Shown here one piece after another: positions 25,010 through 37,739 of a DNA stretch of 64,000 nucleotides. The number at the start of each line of letters is the position of its first letter. Positions within the stretch are counted from its first letter, which is position 1. Source of the stretch: Pristiophorus japonicus (lineage: Eukaryota); contig NC_091979.1 in assembly GCF_044704955.1 (NCBI RefSeq), positions 47,988,001 through 48,052,000 of the forward strand, read 5' to 3'. The notes beneath the pieces were generated by a model. That model made no database searches, had not been told where the DNA came from, and saw only the letters and a program-made list of their open reading frames with translations. The translations under genes were made by a program, and so were the position numbers.

Positions 25010-25705
25010 AAAGGAGGACTTGCATTTATATAGTGCTTTTCACAACCACCGGACGTCACAAAGTACTTTACAGCAAATTAAGTACTTTTTGGAGTGTAGT
25101 CACTGTTGTAAAGTGGGAAACGCGGCAGCCAATTTGCGCACAAGCAAGCTCCCACAAACAGCAATGCGATTATGACCAATCTGTTTGGAGGAAGTGCATC
25201 CGGGAGGATGCTGAGCACCTCGAGTTTCGTCGCCAAGAGCATGCAGAGACCAAGCACAGGCAGCGGAAGGAGCGTGCGGCAAACCAGTCCCACCCACCCT
25301 TTCCTTCAACGACTGTCTGTCCCACCTGTGACAGAGATTGTGGTTCTCGTATTGGACTGTACAGTCACCTGAGAACTCATTTTTAGAGTGGAGGCAAGTC
25401 TTCCTCGATTCCGAGGGACTGCCTATGATGATGATTGAGGGATAAATATTAGCCAAGGCACCGGGGATAACTCCCCTGCTCTTCTTCAAAATAGTGCCAT
25501 GGGATCTTTTACATCCACGAGAGCAGACGGAGCCTCGGTTTAACATCTCATCTGAAAGACGGCACCTCCAACAGTGCAGTGCTCCCTCAGTACTGCCCTG
25601 GAGTATCAACTTATGTTTTCTTTTGTGTTCAAGTCCCTGATGTGTGACTTGAGCCCACAACCTTCTGACTCAGAGATGAGGATGCTACCCACTGAGCCAC
25701 AGCTG
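25010..25705 (-). mobile_element. Deu-type SINE split by an RTE 3' fragment (25186-25433, plus)
   Basis: Collinear with 15350-15787 once the RTE insert is removed. Confidence 0.75.
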
Positions 25706-27889
25706 AGAGGTGACTGAAAGAATGCTCAATAGGATTTGAGGGGACTTTTAAAGACAGAGAGAAGCAAGGCAGAGGGGTATATATTAGTTACATACAAATG
25801 AACTTCAATGCAACAGTTATTGGTTACCTCAACTCTTGAAATTATTTTAAGAGCCACACAGAAATGGAATAGGAAGGGAGCAATCGCTCCCAGGAGAGGT
25901 AGAATTGATTTATTGTCTGTAGTACTGGTGACATTTTAACATGGAAATGTCAGCTGCTGAGTGGCCAGAAAGGCCTTTTATATGGTCACTGGTCTTTATC
26001 TTAATTTGCTTCTTTATGTTGTTTGGAAACCAAGAGGTATGAAACAAACCTTGGAGTTTAGTCCAGAATCCCAGTGAGAATAGGGTGCCATTTCTATACA
26101 GGAATAGAAGCAATGCCCAAGATTTGCTCCTGCATCCTGCATCCAGAATAATCATAAAAAAAAGGAAAATATAAGGTAACAGGAAAACGAAAACTGCCAG
26201 CCTGACCTTCTTTCCACCTCTGACGCCCCAGTCACAGCTCTGCACCAATGACAGGTCAGCAAATGTCCTCCTAACGTCCAGATATGTAATCTTAGACACT
26301 GTGAAATTGCCATGGCCTCCTGTTGCCTCTGGCAGGCGAGGAATTAACTTGCCAGGACAGTTTGTCTTCAGAAATCCATGCCGAGTTTAAATCCACCACT
26401 CAGTTTAAAACTGAAACAGATTAACCCTTTAGTACTGCATGAAAGAAGGCATGGTAGAGTGATAAAGAGCCAGCGTTGTCCATTTGGATGCAGCTGCCAA
26501 GATGCCACCAACCATTTCTGTGGGTCCTGGCAAACTCACTTGGGAATGACTGTGGTAACCTTGCCTTCTGAGAGTCTGGGTCAGCAGAGGGGAAGATGGC
26601 AAGCTATGTCACCTGATGCTGGGACACCAGCGTCCACCATGCAGCACGTGGCCTGACACTTGGCTCACCTCCTTGCAGGTATGCTGTAGTACTGAACTGT
26701 GTGCTGGTGCTGTAGGGTGGCACAGAGGTAAACCCTCCCCCCACTTCTCCTCCCCCCCCCGGCCCTTTAGTAATCGTCTATGGAGCACCACCTCAACTTC
26801 AGCAGTCATCAAAGAGGATGCCAAGTGCTGGGCTAGACCTGTCTACCGTCTCATGCCTGCACTTACAAGTCCTTTCCCCCCAAACTGACCCACCACTGCG
26901 GCCTTGGTAAAGATTACTGATGCCTTTCAGTGTTCTGCAAAAGCTTTCTAAATGTTTGTCCTTCTCTATATGACACTCCTCTTTAATTGTCCCCATCCCT
27001 TTAAATTTAATTTATACGTAATTTTTCTCTCCTACCAGTGGGACCATCATTAGGCCCACCTGAGTTCACACCTGGAGTTGTGAATAATTATGCAAATGAG
27101 CTAGACCAGAAAATTAAGTGCTATTAGCAATTGGGAATGTAGGTGGGTCATAAAGCAATGCAACCAATATTAGAACTGTTTTATATCTGAAGACAAAAAT
27201 TGTCCACAATGTTTTTAATTAAAGCATTAGCAGATTTCTCGTGGGAAGTTGGATCATACACTGTTCTATAAGGACAGGAGCATTATTGTGTGGATGATGT
27301 AAAACTGTCTCCTATTGAGACAAAGTCTAATTTATGTTAAGCAAGCAGAAGATATCAATTAAAGTCAATGTTTTTCCTTCGTGAGGGAAAATGGCAGTTT
27401 GAAAGCTTCTTGCAAAATTCTTGATGCATTTCAGAACAAAGTGTAACTTGTGATTACTGAGTTCAGTTAGAATCAACAGATCTGCCTCCTGTGTCACTAA
27501 GGTATTTTTAATTGCTGGGGGAAATTATCTGTACATTACAAATGATTGTCTTTATTTCTCTTTTCCTGAAGTGCAACATAGGAATTTGCAAATTGATGGG
27601 TACAATCAACAAAATGCACACATGCACATATATTATGTACACACTGTAGTGTATTTGCTTTATGGGTTCTTTGCTTAAGAATTCATAGCAACACATTGCT
27701 GTTAAGCGCTAGTTGGTTTATTAACAAAGGTTTAAATAATCACACTAAACATTACCAGTTCATCCACTGGGCTCACAACTGCATAGCTCATCGTGAATGA
27801 CCTAGACCCAACTGACTGAGGTTTTATAGAGTCTTGTGAACATCATGGGATTGGCTAAGTCACTCACAATGTAACAGCTCCACAACTAT

Positions 27890-28530
27890 TTTAATGTAAA
27901 ACCATAAATCAAGTGCCCCCTTATTAAAGAGGCACTAGAACTGACAAATTAACAAATTAAACTTTGGACATTAAACAAATCAAATTAGAATTTGGTTGCC
28001 GGGGGTGATGATGCACTCCAGTCCTTCCAGTGCCCACCTCTCATGGAAGGCCACGAGCGTACCAATGGACACCAAGTACTCCATCTCCAGGGACACCCTG
28101 GCGCGAACGTAACCACGGAAGAAAGGCAGGCAGTCGGGCTGAACGACCCCTCAAGCGCCCGTTGCATGGACCAGGCCAGGCCCAGGAGCAGTGCTACGAG
28201 GAGGCCTTCTGACCTGCCCGCTCCCCTCTGTACAGGGTGCCCAAAGATCAGGAGCGTGGGACTGAAGTGCAGCCAAAAATTGAGGAGCAGCCCCTTCAAA
28301 TAATGGAACAGGGGTTGCACCCTCCGCATTCAACATAAACATGGAACACGGAATCTTCTAGCCCGAGAAATTGCAGGCGGCCTGGGAGTCCGTGAACCTA
28401 CGTAAAAATCTATTGCACGGGACTGCCCCGTGCAACACTCTCCAGGCCAAGTCCCCAATAAATAAAGGGAGGGCTCCCATGTAGAGAGCACTCCATTGGG
28501 GACCCCCGCCTCCTCCAGATGGCAAGATGG
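27890..28530 (-). mobile_element. Tx1/L1-clade LINE 3' fragment (C-terminal CCHC region)
   Basis: DLAWRVLHGAVPCNRFL...AACNF...SVFHVYVEC.RVQPLF, resembling the zf-RVT region. Confidence 0.7.
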
Positions 28531-28906
28531 GCAACAGCTCTACAAATGTGTGAGCATAATCACAGGTACATAAATTACACACACACACATACACACATGC
28601 AGACCAAAACAAACACCCATAAATACATACACACACACACATTAACAAATTTCCATTTGTGCTGCTCAGGTTGAGTATGCAGATGCCTCATTCTATAAGG
28701 ACATGAACATTATATGGTGTTAATCACCATGTATTATTCTTCTCGAGTGCAGGTGAGTTTCCCTTTAAAGCCAGAAATCCAATTGCAGTTTTATAGGGGT
28801 GGTCAGGTCATATTCACGATGCAGGACACATCTCTACCGTGATCCCTGCCACAAAGACAGAGCCAACTACTGCTGTACAGCGAAGATCAACAACCCAATA
28901 CAACTC

Positions 28907-29103
28907 TGTTATGTATCTGTAAAGCATGCACTCCCATGTTCCGCCACCAGGGAGCACATCCCCTGAAGTCCCAGGGGATCCCAGCATCCCTTGGGAGCAC
29001 TGTGTACAAGCCGGCCCCAAAGGCCTGTTCCTCACTCTGGAGTGTCTTAATACTTTACGTTAACCTCCCTGTGTGCAGTCTCATCTGTATTAGAAACACA
29101 ATA
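28907..29103 (+). repeat. Gypsy 5' LTR
   Basis: tgttatgtatctgtaaagcatgc...acacaata; direct repeat of 41101-41310. Confidence 0.92.
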
Positions 29104-29135
29104 ACTGCCAACGAGTATACAAATCCAATGCAAAG

Positions 29136-29752
29136 ATGCAGCAAACTGTGGGCATCCTGGAGAAGTTCTAGGAGGGTGAGGACTGGGAAGCCTATGTCAA
29201 ACGGCTAACCAGTACTTTGTAGCCAACAAACCGGACGGAGAAGGAAGCGCTGCAAAAAAGAGAGCGGTCCTCCTCATGGTCCGCGGGGCACCGATCTATA
29301 GCCTCATGAAGAATCTTCTGGCTCTAGTGAAACCCACAGATAAGTCGTATGAGGAGCTGTGTACACTGGTTCGGGAGCATCTTAAACCGAGGGAGAGCGT
29401 GCTGATGGCGAGGTATCGGTTCTACATGTGCCAGCGATCTGAAGGTCAGGAAGTGGCAAGCTACGTTGCCGAGCTAAGGCGACTTGCAGGACAATGTGAG
29501 TTTGATGGCTACCTGGAGCAGATGCTCAGCGACTTTTTTGTACCGGCCACGAGACCATCCTACGAAAACTTTTGACTATAGAAACACCGACCCTCAGTAA
29601 GGGCATTGCGATAGCACAGGCGTTTATGTCCACCAGTGATAACATCAAACAAATCTCTCAGCAAACAAGTGCAAAAATGTTCATAAATTAACTGGAACTG
29701 TGTTTGCGAGCAGAAATGTACAGGGCAGAAACCACGAGTCTGCAACTGCCAG
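29136..29752 (+). pseudogene. Gypsy gag (N-terminal part, frameshifted)
   Basis: EDWEAYV...YFVAN...KSYEELCTLVREHL...RYRFYMCQRSEGQEVASYVAELRRLAGQCEF. Confidence 0.85.
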
Positions 29753-32700
29753 CATAGAAACATAGAAACATAGAAAATAGGTGCAGGAGTAGACCATTCG
29801 GCCCTTCGAGCCTGCACCACCATTCAATAAGATCATGGCTGATCATTCACCTCAATACCCCGTTCCTGCTTTCTCTCCATACCCCTTGGTCCCTTTAGCC
29901 ATAAGGGCCACATCTAACTCCCTCTTGAATATATCCAACAAACTGGCATCAACAACTCTGCGGTAGGGAATTCCACAGGTTAACAACTCTTGAGTGAAGA
30001 AGTTTCTCTTCATCTCAGTCCCAAATGGCTTACCCCTTATCGTTAGACTGTGACCCCTGGTTCTGGACTTCCCCAATATTGGGAACATTCTTCCTGCATC
30101 TAACCTGTCTAAATCCATCAGAATTTTAAACATTTCTATGAGATCCCCTCTCATTCTTCCGAACTCCAGTGAATACAAGCCCAGTTGATCCAGTCTTTCT
30201 TGATATGTCAGTCCCGCCATCCCGGGAATCAGTTTGGTGAACCTTCGCTGCACTCCCTCAATAGCAAGAATGTCCTTCCTCAAGTTAGGAGACCAAAACT
30301 GCACACAATACTCCAGGTGTGGCCTCACCAAGGCCCTGTACAACTGTAGTAACACCTCCCTGCCCCTGTACTCAAATCCCCTCGCTATGAAGGCCAACAT
30401 GCCATTTGCTTTCTTAACCGCCTGCTGTACCTGCATGCCAACCTTCAATGACTGATGTACCATGACACCCAGGTCTCGTTGCACCTCCCCTTTTCCTAAT
30501 CTGTCACCATTCAGATAATAGTCTCTCAGGGCCTTGGTGAGGCCACACCTGGAGTATTGTGTGCAGTTTTGGTCTCCTAACTTGAGGAAGGACATTCTTG
30601 CTATTGAGGGAGTGCAGCGAAGGTTCACCAAACTGATTCCCGGGATGGCGGGACTGACATATCAAGAAAGACTGGATCAACTGGGCTTGTATTCACTCTG
30701 TCTCTCTGTTTTTATCACCAAAGTGGATAACCTCACATTTATCCACATTATACTTCATCTGCCATGCATTTGCCCACTCATCTAACCTATCCAAGTTACT
30801 CTGCAGCCTCATAGCATCCTCCTCGCAGCTCACACTGCCACCCAACTTAGTGTCATCCGCAAATTTGGAGATACTACATTTAATCCCCTCGTCTAGATCA
30901 TTAATGTACAGTGTAAACAGCTGGGGCCCCAGCACAGAACCTTGCTACCCCACTAGTCACTGCCTTCTGAAAAGTATCCATTTACTCCTACTCTTTGCTT
31001 CCTGTCTGACAACCAGTTCTCAATCCACGTCAGCACACTACCCCCAATCCCATGTGCTTTAACTTTGCACAATTATCTCTTGTGTGGGACATTGTCGAAA
31101 GCCTTCTGAAAGTCCAAATACACCACATCAACTGGTTCTCCCTTGTCCACTCTACTGGAAACATCCTCAAAAAATTCCAGAAGATTTGTCAAGCATAATT
31201 TCCCTTTCACAAATCCATGCTGACTTGGACGTATCATATCACCTCTTTCCAAATGCGCTGCTATGACATCCTTAATAATTGATTCCATCATTTTACCCAC
31301 TACCAATATCAAGCTGACCGGTCTATAATTCCCTGTTTTCTCTCTCCCTCCTTTTTTAAAAAGTGGGGTTACATTGGCTACCCTCCACTCGATAGGAACT
31401 GATCCAGAGTCTATGGAATGTTGGAAAATGACTGTCAATGCATCTACTATTTTCAAGGCCACCTCCTCAAGTACTCTGGGATGCAGACCATCAGGCCCTG
31501 GGGATTTATCGGCCTTCAATCCCATCAATTTCCCCAACACAATTTCCCGACTAATAAGGATGTTCCTCAGTTCCTCCTTCTTACTAGACCCTCTGACCCC
31601 TTTTATATCCGGAAGTTTGTTTGTGTCCTCCTTCGTGAATACCGAACCAAAGTACTTGTTTAATTGGTCTGCTATTTCTTTGTTCCCGTTATGACTTCCC
31701 CTGATTCTGACTACAGAGGACCTACATTTGTCTTCACGAACCTTTTTCTCTTTACATATCTATAGAAACTTTTGCAGTCCGTCTTAATGTTCCCTGCAAG
31801 CTTCCTCTCGTACTCTATTTTCCCTGCCCTAATCAAACCCTTTGTCCTCCTCTGCTGAGTTCTAAATTTCTCCCAGTCCCCGGGTTCACTGCTATTTTTG
31901 GCCAATTTGTATGCCACTTCCTTGGCTTTAATACTATCCCTGATTTCCCTTGATAGCCACGGTTGAGCCACCTTCCCTTTTTTATTTTTACGCCAAACAG
32001 GGATGTACAATTGTTGTAGTTCATCCATGTGGTCTCTAAATGTCTGCCATTGCCCATCCACAGTCAACTCCTTAAGTATCATTCGCCAATCTATCCTAGC
32101 CAATTCATGCCTCATACCTTCAAAGTTACCCTTCTTTAAGTTCTGGACCATGGTCACTGAATTAATTGTTTCATTCTGCATCCTAATGTAAAATTCCACC
32201 ATATTATGGTCACTCTTTCCCAAGGGGCTTCGCACAACGAGATTGCTAATGAATCCTCTCTCATTACACAACACCCAGTCTAAGATGGCCTCCCCCCTAG
32301 TTGGTCTGGAAAACCATCCCTTATGCACTCCAGGAAATCCTCCTCCACCGTATTGCTTCCAGTTTGGTTAGCCAAATCTATATGCATATTAAAGTCACCC
32401 ATGATAACTGCTGCACCTTTATTGCATGCACCCCTAATTTCCTGTTTGATGCCCTCCCCAACATCACTGCTATTGTTTGGAGGTCTGTACACAACTCCCA
32501 CTAATGTTTTTTGCCCTTTGGTGTTCTGCAGCTCTACCCATATAGATTCCACATCATCCAAGCTAATGTCCTTCCTAACTATTGCATTAATTTCCTCTTT
32601 AACCAGCAATGCTACCCTACCTCCTTTTCCTTTTATTCTATCCTTCCTGAATGTTGAACACCAATGGATGTTGAGTTCCCAGCCCTGATCATCCTGGAGC

Positions 32701-34590
32701 CACGTCTCTGTAATCCCAATCACATCATATCTGCTAACATCTATTTGCACAGTTAATTCATCCACCTTATTATGGATACTCCTTGCATTAAGACACAAAG
32801 CCTTCATGCTTGTTTTTTTTACACCCTTTGTCCTTTTAGAATTATGATGTAGCATGACCCTTTTTGTTTCTTGCCTTTGTTTACTCGGCCTTCCACTATT
32901 GCTTTTTACCTTTCTACCATCTGTTTCTGACTGCATATTACTTCGCCCTATCTCGCTGCATTGGTTCCCATCCCCCTGCCATATTCGTTTAAACACTCCC
33001 GAACAGCATTAGCAAATGTTACCCCCAGGACATCAGTTCCAGTCCTGCCCAAGTGCAGACCGTCCCTTTTGTACAGGTCCCACTTCCTCCAGAACTAGTT
33101 CCAATGTCCCAGGAATTTGAATTCCTCCCTCTTGCACCACTGCTCAAGCCACGTATTTATTCTAACTATCCTGCTCCCTCAACTCTGATTAGCACGTGGC
33201 ACTGGTAGCAATCCAGAGATTACTACCTTTGAGGTCCTACTTTTTAATTTAACTTCTAGCTCCCTAAATTCAGCTTGTAGGACCTCTCCCCGCTTCTTAC
33301 CTATATCGTTGGTACCTACATGTACCACGACAACTGGCTGTTCACCCTCCCTCTCCAGAATGCTCTGCAGCCGCTCCGAGACATCATTGACCCTTGCACC
33401 AGGGAGGCAACATACCATCCTGGAGTCTCGGTTGCGGCCGCAGAAACTCCTATCTATTCCCCTTACAATAGAGTTCCCTATCACTATAGCTCTCCCACTC
33501 TTTTTCCCACCCTTTTGTGCAGCAGAGCCACCCATGGTGCCATGAACCTGGCTGTGGTGCCTTTCCCTGGTCAGTCATCTCCCCCAACATATCCAAAACG
33601 GTATATCTGTTTTGGAGGGAGATGACCGCAGGGGACTCCTGCACTGCCTTCCTGCTCTTGCCTTGTCTCTTGGTCACCCATTCACTATCTGTCCCAACCC
33701 TTACCTGCGGTGTGACCAGCTCACTAAATGTGCTATCCACAACATTCTCAGCATCACGCATGCTCCAGAGTGAGTCCATCCGCAGCTCCAGTGCCGTCAT
33801 GTGGTCTGTCAGGAGCTGCAGCTGGACGCACTTCCCGCACACATAGTTGTCAGGGACACTGGAAGCGTCCCTGACTTCCCACATAGCACAGGCAGAGCAT
33901 GACATGGGTCCGAGCTCTCCTGCCATGACTTAACCCTTAAATTAATTTACTTACTAAAATATACTTAAACACCAAACAGCTACTTAGTAGTTCGCTGCCA
34001 ATTAAGGCAATCTAAAAGTCAGTCTAAAAGAGAGTTATACTTACCAGTCAAACAGCCAACCACTTACCAGCTTGGCTGTGACATCACCTCTCGATTTCAC
34101 ACCCCTCTATCTTTGTCTGCAACTGGTTGGGCTGGTCTCTGGGCCTCCGTCTCCTATTCTCACACTCCTTATCAGCTGCACTGGTGGGAAAAACAAGACA
34201 AAACAGCACCAGTCACCCCCACTTGCCTGAACTCACCCACTTACCAAACTCACAAATGCCACTCTATGCTGTTGCACTCCATGCTCTGCACGAGCTGCCT
34301 CTTTTTAAACTGTATATAGGTCAGATGACTCACAACTGGTCAGTCGTTTACAGAACTGGTTTTAACTAGCTGCTAATTGCCTCCTACTGGAGAGTTACCT
34401 TGTTTTTCTCTGCCTAAACCTGAAAGATTCCCAACTATTTAACTTTTCCCCTTTAAATTAAACTGCTACTTACTTAGAAGCTACTGGCAATTGCCACTAA
34501 CAATTTACCCCAGCTTCCAAATGTTTAAAGAGAATAACCCTTAAAACTCACCCACTTATCAAACTCACAAATGCCACTCGATGCTGTTGC
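29753..34590 (-). mobile_element. Near full-length CR1 LINE: 5'UTR, ORF1 (Cys-rich N-terminus plus SGNH esterase), ORF2 (APE and RT), (TTCTATGT)n tail
   Basis: CSACAMWE..CGKC; VIGNSIVRGI...CCLPGA...VHVGTND; NARSIHNK, GITETW, MGDFN; YLDFQKAFD, KFADD. Confidence 0.93.
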
Positions 34591-35710
34591 TGCTGTGCTG
34601 ACGTGGATTGAGAACTGGTTGTCAGACAGGAAGCAAAGAGTAGGAGTAAATGGGTACTTTTCAGAATGGCAGGCAGTGACTAGTGGAGTACCGCAAGGCT
34701 CTTTACTGGGGCCCCAGCTGTTTACATTGTACATTAATGATTTAGACGAGGGGATTAAATGTAGTATCTCCAAATTTGCGGATGACACTAAGTTGGGTGG
34801 CAGTGTGAGCTACGAGGTAGATGCTATGAGGCTGCTGAGTGATTTGGATAGGTTAGGTGAGTGGGCAAAGGCATGGCAGATGAAGTATAATGTGGATAAA
34901 TGTGAGGTTATCCACTTTGGTGGTAAAAACAGAGAGACAGACTATTATCTGAATGGTGACAGATTAGGAAAAGGGGAGGTGCAAAGAGACTTGGGTGTCA
35001 TGGTACATCAGTCATTGAAGGTTGGCATGCAGGTACAGCAGGCGGTTAAGAAAGCAAAAGGCATGTTGCCCTTCATAGCGAAGGGATTTGAGTACAGGGG
35101 CAGGGAGGTGTTACTACAGTTGTACAGGGCCTTGGTGAGGCCACACCTGGAGTATTGTGTACAGTTTTGGTCTCCTAACTTGAGGAAGGACATTCTTGCT
35201 TTTGAGAGAGTGCAGCAAAGTTTCACCAGACTGATTCCCGGGATGGCGGGACTGACCTATCAAGAAAGACTGGATCAACTGGGCTTGTATTCACTGGAGT
35301 TCAGAAGAATGAGAGGGGATCTCATAGAAACATTTAAAATTCTGACGGGTTTAGACAGGTTAGATGCAGGAAGAATGTTCCCAATGTTGGGGAAGTCCAG
35401 AGCCAGGGGTCACAGTCTGAGGATAAGGGGTAAGCCATTTAGGACCGAGATGAGGAGAAACTTCTTCACCTAGAGAGTGGTGAACCTGTGGAATTCTCTA
35501 CCACAGAAAGTTGTTGAGGCCAATTCAATAAATATATTCAAAAAGGAGTTAGATGTAGTCCTTACTATTAGGGGAATCAAGGGGTATGGCGAGAAAGCAG
35601 GAATGGGGTACTGAGGTTGCATGTTCAGTCATGAACTCATTGAATGGCGATGCAGGCTCGAAGGGCCGAATGGCCTACTCCTGCACCTATTTACTATGTT
35701 TCTATGTTTC
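34590..35710 (+). mobile_element. CR1 3' portion (RT C-half and tail)
   Basis: 300-aa ORF with SGVPQGSLLGP..KFADDTK; tail ctatgtttctatgtttc. Confidence 0.93.
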
Positions 35711-37630
35711 TTCACATATCTATAGAAGCTTTTGCAGTCAGTCTTTACGTTCCCGGCAAACTTCCTCTCATACTCTATTTTCCCCCTCCTAATTAAACCC
35801 TTTGTCCTCCTCTGCTGAATTCTAAATTTCTCCCAGTCCTCAGGTTTGTTGCTTTTTCTGGCCAATTTATATGCCGCTTCCTTGGATCTAACACCATTCT
35901 TAATTTCCCTTGTTAGCCACGGTTGAGCCACCGTCCTTGTTTTATTTTTACTCCAGACAGGGATGTACAACTGTTGAAGTTCATCCATGTGATCTATAAA
36001 TGTTTGCCATTGCCTATCCACCGTTAACCCTTTAAGTATAATTTGCCAGTCTATTCTATCCAATTCACACCTCATGCCATCAAAGTTAGCTTTCCTTAAG
36101 TTCAGGACCCTAGTTTATGAATTAACTGTGTCACTCTCCAACTTAATAAAGAATTCTACCATATTATGGTCACTCTTCCCCAAGGGGCTTCGCACAACAA
36201 GATTGTTAATTAGTGCTTTCTCATTACACATCACCCAGTCTCGGATGGCCAGCTCTCCAGTTGGTTCCTCGACATATTGATCAAGAAAACTATCCCGAAT
36301 ACACTCCAGGAAATCCTCCTCCACCGCATTGCTACCAGTTTGGTTAGCCCAATGTATATGTAAATTAAAGTCGCCCTTGATAACTGCTGTACCTTTATTG
36401 CTTGTTTGATGCTGTCCCCAACCTCACTACTACTGTTTGGTGGCCTGTACACAACTCCCACCAGCGTTTTCTGCCCTTTGGTATTACTTAGCTCCACCCA
36501 TACTGATTCCACATCATCCAAGCCAATGTCCTTCCTTACTATTGCATTAATTTCCTCTTTAACCAGCAACGCCACCCCGCCTCCTTTTCCTTTCTGTCTA
36601 TCCTCCCTAAATGTTGAATACCCCTGGATGTTGACTTCACAGCCTTGGTCACCCTGGACCAATGTCTCTGTGATGCCAATTGCATCATATCCATTAACTG
36701 CTACCTGCGCAGTTAATTTGTCCACCTTATTGCAAATACTCGTCGCATTGAGGTACAGAGCCTTCAGGCTTGACTTTTTAACACACTTTGCCCCTTTAGA
36801 ATTTTGCTGTAATGTGACCCTTTTTGTTTTTTGCCTTTGGTTTCTCTGCCCTCCACTTTTACTATTCTCCTTTCTATCTTTTGCCTCTGTCTCCCTTTTA
36901 TTTCTCTCTGCCTCCCTGCATAGATTCCCTGCCATATTAGTTTAACTCCTTCCCAACAGCACTAGCAAACACTCTCCCCAGGACATTGGTTCCGGTCCTG
37001 CCCAGCTACAGACCGTCCGGTTTGTACTGGTCCCACCTCCCCCAGAACCGGTTCCAATGCCCCAGGAATTTGAATCCCTCCCTTCTGCACCACTCCTCAA
37101 GCCACGTATTCATCTGAGCTATCCTGCGATTCCTACTCTGACTAGCACGTGGCACTGGTAGCGATCCTGAGATTACTACTTTTGAGGTCCTACTTTTTAA
37201 TTTAGCTCATAGCTCCCTAAATTCGTCTCATAGGACCTCATCCCATTTTTTTACCTATATCGTTGGTACCTATATGCACCACGGCAACTGGCTTTTCACC
37301 CTCCCTTTTCAGAATGCCCTGCACCCGCTCCGAGACATCCTTGACCCTTGCACCAGGGAGGCAACATACCATCCTGGAGTCTTGGTTGCGGCCGCAGAAA
37401 CGCCTATCTATTCCCCTTACAATTGAATCCCCTATCACTATCGCTCTCCCACTCTTTTTCCTGCCCTCCTGTGCAGCAGAGCCACCCACAGTGCCATAAA
37501 CTTGGCTGCTTCTGCCTTCCCCTGATGACTCATCCTCCTCAACAGTACCCAAAGCGGTGTATCTGTTTTGCAGGGGGATGACCACAGGGAACCCCTGCAC
37601 TACCTCCCTTCCACTGCTCTTCCTGTTCCA
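35710..37630 (-). mobile_element. CR1 5' portion (ORF1 esterase and APE endonuclease), lacking its RT half
   Basis: VIGDSIVRGI..VHIGTND; GITET; GVVYRPP; LGKSDHN. Confidence 0.9.
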
Positions 37631-37739
37631 CTGCAAACTCTGCAAAACCTCCTAACCGCCACGTCGCAGAGGAAGATCGGTCCATGGTGGATAAAAGCAA
37701 TTTTGAGCCTCAGAAAGAGGAGGCAGATGCTCAAGTACT

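Noticed and set aside
26050-26136. Exon-like segment (AG...GTTTGT, minus)
   Set aside because: Weak donor and no similarity to LYPD6 or any family I recognise.
29852-30631. 259-aa ORF as a novel fusion protein
   Set aside because: Chance read-through of antisense CR1 from the inverted duplication into sense CR1 RT.
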